This document shows positions 57,731 to 64,000 of a stretch of 64,000 nt of DNA, in pieces (the first letter of the stretch is position 1; each line of letters begins with the position of its first letter). The DNA lies in the IMG/VR virus record IMGVR_UViG_3300028048_003124; one strand, written 5' to 3'. The notes below the pieces were generated by a model, which was not told the DNA's origin, ran no database searches, and saw nothing but the letters and a program-made list of their open reading frames with translations. The stretch is from a virus. Its lineage: Duplodnaviria; Caudoviricetes. The position numbers and the translations under genes are program-made.

Positions 57731-58873
57731 TTGTCGAAGTGTATGTCTAACTGTGAAAACTGTCGGTGGCGTGATGCTAAGGAATTGGTAAAGAAGGTTA
57801 TAATAGAAGGTTATAGTGATACAGATGCGAAATTAGAGTTTCACAAGATGGTAGACACTTACTTTAACAACGACAGGAAAGAGGTAAATGAGTTTATAAA
57901 AGCCTGTTTACCCTCTGAGACTTACAGTAGTGTTATACCGAACCTAAGTATTCTTTACCCTGCTGATATTTTATGGTATATCTTGTCATCAACAGGTATG
58001 AACAGGGTAATTTTATTATCAAAACTAGGGTACAGCCCTAAATACATATCAAAGTGGTGTGCTTGCAGTAGTAATAAATTTAATGATGATGACCTTATAA
58101 AAGATTTCTACCTTATGAATAAGGAAAGAGATTCTTCTGTGAAGGTTGCTAAGGATATTATGAGTTTTATTCCTGCGCGTATTCAGGATAACTATATCAA
58201 TCAGAGAGAGGTTTTAAATAGGCAGTGTTCTTTAGAGGCTGTTTGTATTTTTAACTTAAGTAATGATTCGGTAATAACGACTTTTGATATGTTTTCAGCG
58301 AGGTCTATAGAGATAGAGAGTGTTTTTGTAAATAGACTAAGTTGGATAGTGGGTAATGGCAAAAAGTTAGTTTTTAAGGATGCCAATGGTGTTGAACATA
58401 CAGCAGAGTTTACGGGAGATGGTCTGTTTTATTCTTTTGTGGTGTCATCCTTATTAACAAGATATGGGTTGACAGATATGTATAACGAATGTTATTACTC
58501 GAATGACTGGAAAAAATATAATTGGGATGATACTGTAGAAAAGCGTTCAGATGGTGCTATAATTATCTTTCCCAAGGGGTTAAGAAGTAAAGATAGAGAA
58601 GCCTTAAGTAGATATGTCAATGCAGCAATAGATGATATGAAATCCAGAGGTATGCCAGTTAATGGAGTTCTTTTTGATATATCTAACGGGAGTATTTATG
58701 ATCTACCCTTAGAAGAGGCGAAAAATTATCTAGACCATCTCAAAAAAGTTAATAATGCAAATTATGAAGAGTATGCTGATTTGCGTTCTCTTTTAGAAGA
58801 TTTATCAGAAGAAGAGTGGGATGAGGTAAGAAAGAATGCAAAAGATGCTATGCTAGGTTTTGGCGATGAGTAA
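57731..58873 (+). CDS. Hypothetical protein with N-terminal Cys cluster
   Basis: 380 aa; CMSNCENC. Confidence 0.7.
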   Translation: MSKCMSNCENCRWRDAKELVKKVIIEGYSDTDAKLEFHKMVDTYFNNDRKEVNEFIKACLPSETYSSVIPNLSILYPADILWYILSSTGMNRVILLSKLGYSPKYISKWCACSSNKFNDDDLIKDFYLMNKERDSSVKVAKDIMSFIPARIQDNYINQREVLNRQCSLEAVCIFNLSNDSVITTFDMFSARSIEIESVFVNRLSWIVGNGKKLVFKDANGVEHTAEFTGDGLFYSFVVSSLLTRYGLTDMYNECYYSNDWKKYNWDDTVEKRSDGAIIIFPKGLRSKDREALSRYVNAAIDDMKSRGMPVNGVLFDISNGSIYDLPLEEAKNYLDHLKKVNNANYEEYADLRSLLEDLSEEEWDEVRKNAKDAMLGFGDE

Positions 58874-58910
58874 AGAGTATTGAGAACTTTAAATAAAATA
58901 AAAGAAGTCC

Positions 58911-58939
58911 TTGCAAAAAGAAGAGAATTGTGTTACAAT
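58911..58939 (+). promoter_or_regulatory. sigmaA-like promoter
   Basis: TTGCAA-17bp-TACAAT with extended TG. Confidence 0.7.
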
Positions 58940-58968
58940 TAACCTACAAAAGCAAGGAGGTTGTTACA

Positions 58969-59625
58969 ATGAAAAATAATAGTGGGTTTGTAAATAACGA
59001 AAAAGTATCTCCGAAATCAGATGGTATTAAGGTTAAGGGGTATGAGGCATTAGTCAATAGGATTGGTGAGGAGAGGGTTGCCAACAACGGTCTTATGATG
59101 AAGATCGTAGGGTATCGAAACGCAAATGATATTGACGTCCTTTTCGAGGATGGTACACTTGTTGTAGGTAAGTCTTATGCATCTTTCCTTAAGGGCAGTA
59201 TTGCTAAGAAGAAAACTGAGCTTGAGTGTATTTCAGACTCCTTAACTGAGTTATACGATACATTCTGTGATGATGGCGCGAAGATACGTGAGATTATCAT
59301 AACCTTTGTTGAAGACCATGAGTTTCAAATCATTTCAGACAAGGGTATTTTTTATATAAACAACAATAATCATTTGGTCGATAAGATCATTCATGACGCT
59401 TCTTTTGCGTTAAAGAGATACCCTCACAAAAGTGCTGTACTCAATAAATTGTACAGACGTGTTATGAGATATATCAACTATCGTAAAATCAATGTATCTA
59501 AAGTTACATTCGAGATTGACAACGAGAGATTTACCTCGTCGGGTGTTACTATAACCTCTGAGAGTGTTAACTATGTTGAGGGTTTTATACATTTTTCTTT
59601 TTCGACGAATCTGTCTAAAGCTTAG
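58969..59625 (+). CDS. Protein carrying one RxGE repeat
   Basis: AGGAGG RBS. NRIGEERVANNGLMMKIVGYRNANDIDVLFEDG...YASFLKG. Confidence 0.8.
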   Translation: MKNNSGFVNNEKVSPKSDGIKVKGYEALVNRIGEERVANNGLMMKIVGYRNANDIDVLFEDGTLVVGKSYASFLKGSIAKKKTELECISDSLTELYDTFCDDGAKIREIIITFVEDHEFQIISDKGIFYINNNNHLVDKIIHDASFALKRYPHKSAVLNKLYRRVMRYINYRKINVSKVTFEIDNERFTSSGVTITSESVNYVEGFIHFSFSTNLSKA

Positions 59626-59652
59626 TAATACCAATATTTTCTCTTTATAGGG

Positions 59653-60495
59653 GTGATTTTGGTGGTATATTTCCTCAACGAGGGTAGGTTCATACCTAAG
59701 GATGATAAGGATGTTGTTATTTACGCTGTGTTGCTTAATGCCCAGAGACTTGATGCTGAAAGGGTAGTGGGCAAGACATTCATGACTACAAACAAGTTTT
59801 TAGCTTATAACTCAACACAGGGTGTAAAAGGCTCTGTAAGTAGGAAATGTAGCACCTTGTATGCAGCTAAGAAGATGTGTGATAAGCCAATACTTTTCTA
59901 TAAGACAGCCAAAGGCAATAATACCATAAAATCTGATAGCTTGCCTTTTTCTTATACAGATCATTACAGTTATGCCTATATTGATGGCTCTTTTAACGAC
60001 AGGTCAGAGGTATATGGTTGGGGAGGTTTTTTAGATAAGAACGGCATACGTCACATATTAAAGGGTAGTAGAAAAGATGACTATTCTAGATATGGTAGCG
60101 TAGCAGGAGAACTTTTTGGTGTCATCGATACTTTGAAGAAAGCCAGAGAGATTGGAGTAAGTGGTCTTATAATTTACTATGACTTTGATTGTATATATCG
60201 GTACTTGCTTGGAAGTCATGGTAGTAAAAATGATATCGCTATGTTGTATAAAGATACGGTAAAAGAAGCAATAAGTGATGGTTTGGATTTGATACTCGTC
60301 AAATTATCAAGCCATTCGGGTATTGCTGGAAATGATATAGCTGATCGCTTAGCGAGAGAAGCCGTTGGTCTAAGATCAGTAGGATGTTTACCATCAGGTT
60401 TCTTTAAGCCTAAGTGTAGATACCGTTGTTTTCCTGTAGAGTTTGCAGGAAAACGTATAACTGCTGATACTTTTATAAGTAGTGAGGTAGATTAA
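59653..60495 (+). CDS. rnhA: Ribonuclease HI with N-terminal extension
   Basis: YIDGSF, AGELFG, IYYD, SHSGIAGNDIADRLA (DEDD tetrad). Confidence 0.85.
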   Translation: MILVVYFLNEGRFIPKDDKDVVIYAVLLNAQRLDAERVVGKTFMTTNKFLAYNSTQGVKGSVSRKCSTLYAAKKMCDKPILFYKTAKGNNTIKSDSLPFSYTDHYSYAYIDGSFNDRSEVYGWGGFLDKNGIRHILKGSRKDDYSRYGSVAGELFGVIDTLKKAREIGVSGLIIYYDFDCIYRYLLGSHGSKNDIAMLYKDTVKEAISDGLDLILVKLSSHSGIAGNDIADRLAREAVGLRSVGCLPSGFFKPKCRYRCFPVEFAGKRITADTFISSEVD

Positions 60496-60496
60496 A

Positions 60497-60685
60497 ATGC
60501 TTGTCATAAAGTTAAGAGAAGCACATGGCTACCCAGAAACGTATGTATATGATTGTTTTGGCAATTTATTGTACTGTGTAGATGGTAGTTGTAATGTTAT
60601 ATCAGGTGATCCTAAATACGATGAGTATGAGTGGGTTGACTATAGTTACAATTCTACTATGGATACCTTGATTGTAATAGTTTAA
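60497..60685 (+). CDS. Small protein, family C
   Basis: KLREAHGYPETYVYD. Confidence 0.65.
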   Translation: MLVIKLREAHGYPETYVYDCFGNLLYCVDGSCNVISGDPKYDEYEWVDYSYNSTMDTLIVIV

Positions 60686-60705
60686 GTACAGTTTGGAGGT
60701 GTAGT

Positions 60706-60924
60706 ATGTTTAAGGTAAGTTTCTTTGTAAAAGAGATGGTTGTTAATGGTGTTAAGAAGTACACTGACCAGGTAGTAAAGGCTTATTCTATCGAAGAGGC
60801 TATTAAAGCCCTGATAGAAGATGCGTACAACTATAGAAGAGTTTATGGTGGTGTGGCTGATTTATCCAACTGGGTAATTTTCAGAGGCAACACAGGCAAC
60901 AGGATTTATACATTTGATACATAA
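60706..60924 (+). CDS. Small protein, family B-like
   Basis: FFVKEMVVNGV...VKAYSIEEAIK. Confidence 0.6.
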   Translation: MFKVSFFVKEMVVNGVKKYTDQVVKAYSIEEAIKALIEDAYNYRRVYGGVADLSNWVIFRGNTGNRIYTFDT

Positions 60925-61004
60925 GTTTCTACCAACCATTTAATGGTTGTTAGATATAAGTCCGCACTTTGTTGTTTTCATGTGGACTAAAATTCCTTTC
61001 TTTT

Positions 61005-61047
61005 AGGGCAGTCGCTGTAGTTTCGAGCTATGGCGACTGTTCTTTTT
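61005..61047 (+). terminator. Strong Rho-independent terminator
   Basis: agggcagtcgctgtag-tttcga-gctatggcgactgttct followed by a T run. Confidence 0.8.
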
Positions 61048-61717
61048 AATTGGTGAAAACTGGTGGTATGTGGATACGGTATAAGTTTAGTAAAGATTAG
61101 TGTTTATTTAGGTGTTGTAGATTGATCGGAATTTTCGTAGAATACAAAAACTGGCAAGAGATGTGTGGTCGTTAGTTATGCTAATACCATAAGAGTTTAT
61201 GATAGAAATTTCCTAAAAATTAGGAGTAATTTTCGGTTGAGTCGTTGGTGGGGCAGTGCTTTCTAAGATGGTCGATTTTCAACATTATAAAAGAAGTGTA
61301 TTTTAAGATTACAGTAGTGAGTTTTAAAGAGGTTGAGTAGAAGAGGGTATTCAAAACGTACTCTTAGATTGTTATATTTTGATATTTAAATTTAGATACT
61401 AGAAGAATTTTATTAGAATTTATAAGGATAAAACCCTTTATTGATATACAATTTTAGATTCTATAAGTTTATTTTAGTCTGAGTATGTGTATTTGTTGAA
61501 TATGTTTGTACTTTTTTAGTTCTATGAAGTATAAAATTAGAAAAAAGAAAGAATTTATTAGAGTTTAGAAATATTTTATTAGAAACTATAATGAGAATTG
61601 TTTGATACACTGATGGTATATTTATGTGTAAGTTGTATCGGGTGCATTGCTTTAAGTAAAATAATTATTTTTAGTGGTTTTCCAAGAAATATTTTTATGA
61701 GAGGAGAAGTTTGTAGT

Positions 61718-62971
61718 ATGAGTTATTTGTACGACAGTTTAAGAGATGCTCTTGGTGGTAAGAACTTTACTAGTGGCAAATACATATCAAATTGGTCGCC
61801 AAACGAAGTAAGGGGTATTGTCTTGATGAGAGATTTTATTCTTATTGCGGACTATATCAAATCGCCAAAAATTGTTAAGTTAGATTACAATGATGTAGCT
61901 TTCGACCTACAGAACAGAAATAGACGTGGAAATCTAAACAATTTATTAAGCAGTAGGCAGCTTTCCTGTTTGGAGGAGATTTACGTTGACGAAGGTATGA
62001 GATCGTATAGAGATGTCATAGATTTAGCAGCATACGTAAATAGCCTTGTAAGTAGCAGCAGTAGGCTAAGGTACTATGGGTATGTAAGTGGCTTCAGAGC
62101 AGATATGATTAGAGACTTATATCAAAAGGCTTTAATGAATGGCTCTATGGACTTCACACTAGCAGAGACTTTGGGTAATTTCCAATTCGCTACAACAAAT
62201 AATACAGAGTGGTACAGCAAGTATAATCTAAGACCCCAATTTTACGGGGTAGACGTAGACGGTGGTAGATTAAGCACATACTTTAAAAAGTGTGAGAGTG
62301 TTATTGGGGCAATAGAGAGGGAAAAGAGTGGCAAGATTGAAGAGCTAAACGAGTTGATAAGGATTAAAGAAGCTTTCCTGTTTGATTACAACAGTGTTGA
62401 GAGCCTCAGGTACCTGTTCTTATTTGGTAAGTTTTTGGGAAATACTGATATGGTTGGCAGACGTATAGGCAAGAATTTACTTGAAAGTCTGAGAAAGTGT
62501 ACCAGTGTTGATGGTTTAACTTATCCTAAACTTGCAGATGCTCTTAGAAAAGGTAATGTACCAAGTGACGGAAGGGTACAGTACCTCTTTAATCAGTATA
62601 AAGAGTTAGGTCTGTATGATAAGGCAGATAGCAAAAAAGAATTCAAGTTGGAGGAGACAGACAAATTAGGAAACAAACACGAGGTAAAGGGTATATACAG
62701 GCTTGGTGAAAGGCTTGATACGTTGTTAGCAGGTATGTTTAGGGCTAACAGTAACTGGAAATTGTTTTATCTAATGTCTTGTAAGCGTTGTAACAGCTTA
62801 CCTGCGGGAAAATTATCATATGAGTTAGAGAAAGATGGAGTTCTTTTCTGTGGTGTTAACGGTAGTGTGTCGAATGGAGATGGTGTACAAGAGTTAGTAA
62901 AATTCTTGTACGATTTGTCTGGATATTCAGAAGAAGGTTTCAAACGGGTATGTACCAGAGAAAGAAAGTGA
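61718..62971 (+). CDS. Hypothetical protein
   Basis: AGGAG RBS before ATG 61718, in frame with track ORF 61598..62971. Confidence 0.75.
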   Translation: MSYLYDSLRDALGGKNFTSGKYISNWSPNEVRGIVLMRDFILIADYIKSPKIVKLDYNDVAFDLQNRNRRGNLNNLLSSRQLSCLEEIYVDEGMRSYRDVIDLAAYVNSLVSSSSRLRYYGYVSGFRADMIRDLYQKALMNGSMDFTLAETLGNFQFATTNNTEWYSKYNLRPQFYGVDVDGGRLSTYFKKCESVIGAIEREKSGKIEELNELIRIKEAFLFDYNSVESLRYLFLFGKFLGNTDMVGRRIGKNLLESLRKCTSVDGLTYPKLADALRKGNVPSDGRVQYLFNQYKELGLYDKADSKKEFKLEETDKLGNKHEVKGIYRLGERLDTLLAGMFRANSNWKLFYLMSCKRCNSLPAGKLSYELEKDGVLFCGVNGSVSNGDGVQELVKFLYDLSGYSEEGFKRVCTRERK

Positions 62972-62984
62972 GGTTATTTTAAGA

Positions 62985-64000
62985 ATGGATACTAATTTAA
63001 AGGCTAACATAAGTTCAGAGTATGGTAAGCTGAGTAATTGGGAGAAATCAAGGGTAGTAAAATACCTCAGATTGCTTGGTAAGAACAACTTTGATGTAAT
63101 AACTTACTGTCAGATTGATGGCGTAGATTTGAATGGTCTAGAACACGCTTTTCAGGGAGAGGGTTCAGATGGCGAGTTAGGGTATCTACACTTACTGGTA
63201 GATGCTATAACACTATCTAAAGAGAAGAACAAAGGTCTGCCTGTCAGTATGTGCCTAAGTGATGATATTGAGGTAGCTGAGGTGCTTGGGCATAAAGGCT
63301 CAGAGTGTGTAGGTATCGATGGTGCGATAGGTGCGTGGAATATAGAGGTAGGAAAGGGTACTAAGGAAAAGTATGACGGCGCTGATGATAGTTGGGAAGA
63401 TCAGAAGAAAGAGGATGAAGAGCGCAAGAAGAGGGAAGAAGAGGATAGAAAGAGAAGAGAGGCTGAGGATAAGGCTAAGGATGAGGAGCGGAAAAAGGAA
63501 GAGGAAAAATCCAAGCACCGTGATGAGTATGACAATCTAAGAGAAGAGATACGCAAGATTTTCAATCTTTCAATAACTCAGAACGTAGAGGGTATTCTGG
63601 AAAGGTATAGACTTCTGTTAGAGTCTGGCTATGACCTAGAAAGACCTTATGGTATTGTAAGCTCATTGGGTGTTATTTACTTAGATAGTGATAACGTGTT
63701 GAAGGTTAGAGAAGATTATGAACATGATATTGATATCAACTCATCTTTAAACATGTATAACTATTTTGAGGGTAAGTTAAATTTCGAAGAGTCTGATTCT
63801 CGTTCTGCAAAGATGATAGGTGCAGATATACTCGAGGGTTACAGAATGCATAAGACTATTTACTTCCCTAATAAGCTGTTAGAGTATGCTTATGGTAGAG
63901 CAAGTAGTAGAGAGGAAAGTAAAAATTACTCTTACGCAAAGAGAAATGGTGAAGGCATAAGTACCAAATGGGGTAAGATGCGTGACATGATAAGGGAGGA
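62985..64000 (+). CDS. Partial CDS running off the window; charged coiled-coil segment
   Basis: GAGG RBS, ATG 62985, MDTNLKANIS...KKEDEERKKREEEDRKRRE...; apparently open to the window end (absent from ORF track). Confidence 0.7.
   Translation, partial: MDTNLKANISSEYGKLSNWEKSRVVKYLRLLGKNNFDVITYCQIDGVDLNGLEHAFQGEGSDGELGYLHLLVDAITLSKEKNKGLPVSMCLSDDIEVAEVLGHKGSECVGIDGAIGAWNIEVGKGTKEKYDGADDSWEDQKKEDEERKKREEEDRKRREAEDKAKDEERKKEEEKSKHRDEYDNLREEIRKIFNLSITQNVEGILERYRLLLESGYDLERPYGIVSSLGVIYLDSDNVLKVREDYEHDIDINSSLNMYNYFEGKLNFEESDSRSAKMIGADILEGYRMHKTIYFPNKLLEYAYGRASSREESKNYSYAKRNGEGISTKWGKMRDMIRE

Noticed and set aside
60938-61000. Minus-strand mini-ORF MKTTKCGLISNNH behind GAAAGGA
   Set aside because: Only 13 codons with long RBS spacing and not hydrophobic like a type I toxin; insufficient support.
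1240-63518. Minus-strand ORFs in the track (e.g. 3138..3680, 24103..24585, 26420..27010, 63300..63518)
   Set aside because: They are antisense shadows of well-supported + strand genes or overlap regulatory elements, and show no recognisable motifs or convincing RBS.
1-64000. Stop-codon reassignment (as in some gut jumbo phages)
   Set aside because: Long conserved genes are intact under code 11, and TAA, TAG and TGA all terminate genes just before the next RBS or start.

Overview
This 64 kb window looks like part of a large (probably jumbo) dsDNA bacteriophage of a low-GC Firmicute host; Clostridia/Lachnospiraceae-like is an inference. It is AT-rich, essentially all real genes lie on the + strand, standard stop codons are used, and it has Firmicute-type GGAGG RBSs and recurring sigmaA-like promoters (TTGCA/TTGCT-N17-TG-N-TA[AT]AAT). 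Layout: 1-6.4 kb, small paralogous accessory genes. 6.5-35.2 kb, replication/recombination module: truncated NAD-type ligase, signal peptidase I, HolA-like protein, sigma-like protein, family A DNA polymerase, YhaM-like HD nuclease, RecD-like helicase, TOPRIM primase, gp32-like SSB, SbcC split into two distant genes, SbcD and a DnaN-like clamp. 35.3-43 kb, three degenerate AbiEii-like nucleotidyltransferases, a free-standing splicing-dead intein/LAGLIDADG protein and hypotheticals. 43.5-54 kb, the most striking element: two tandem, diverged cassettes, each an SF2 (ResIII-like) helicase followed by 2-3 proteins built from 3-6 tandem copies of a ~55-60 aa repeat plus a shared C-terminal domain ending G-x-[KE]-x-[VL]-F, with DNA evidence of cassette recombination. 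54-61 kb, further small paralog families and RNase HI. 61-64 kb, an AT-rich gap and the start of a new operon. All functional calls come from motifs read by eye; no database search was run.
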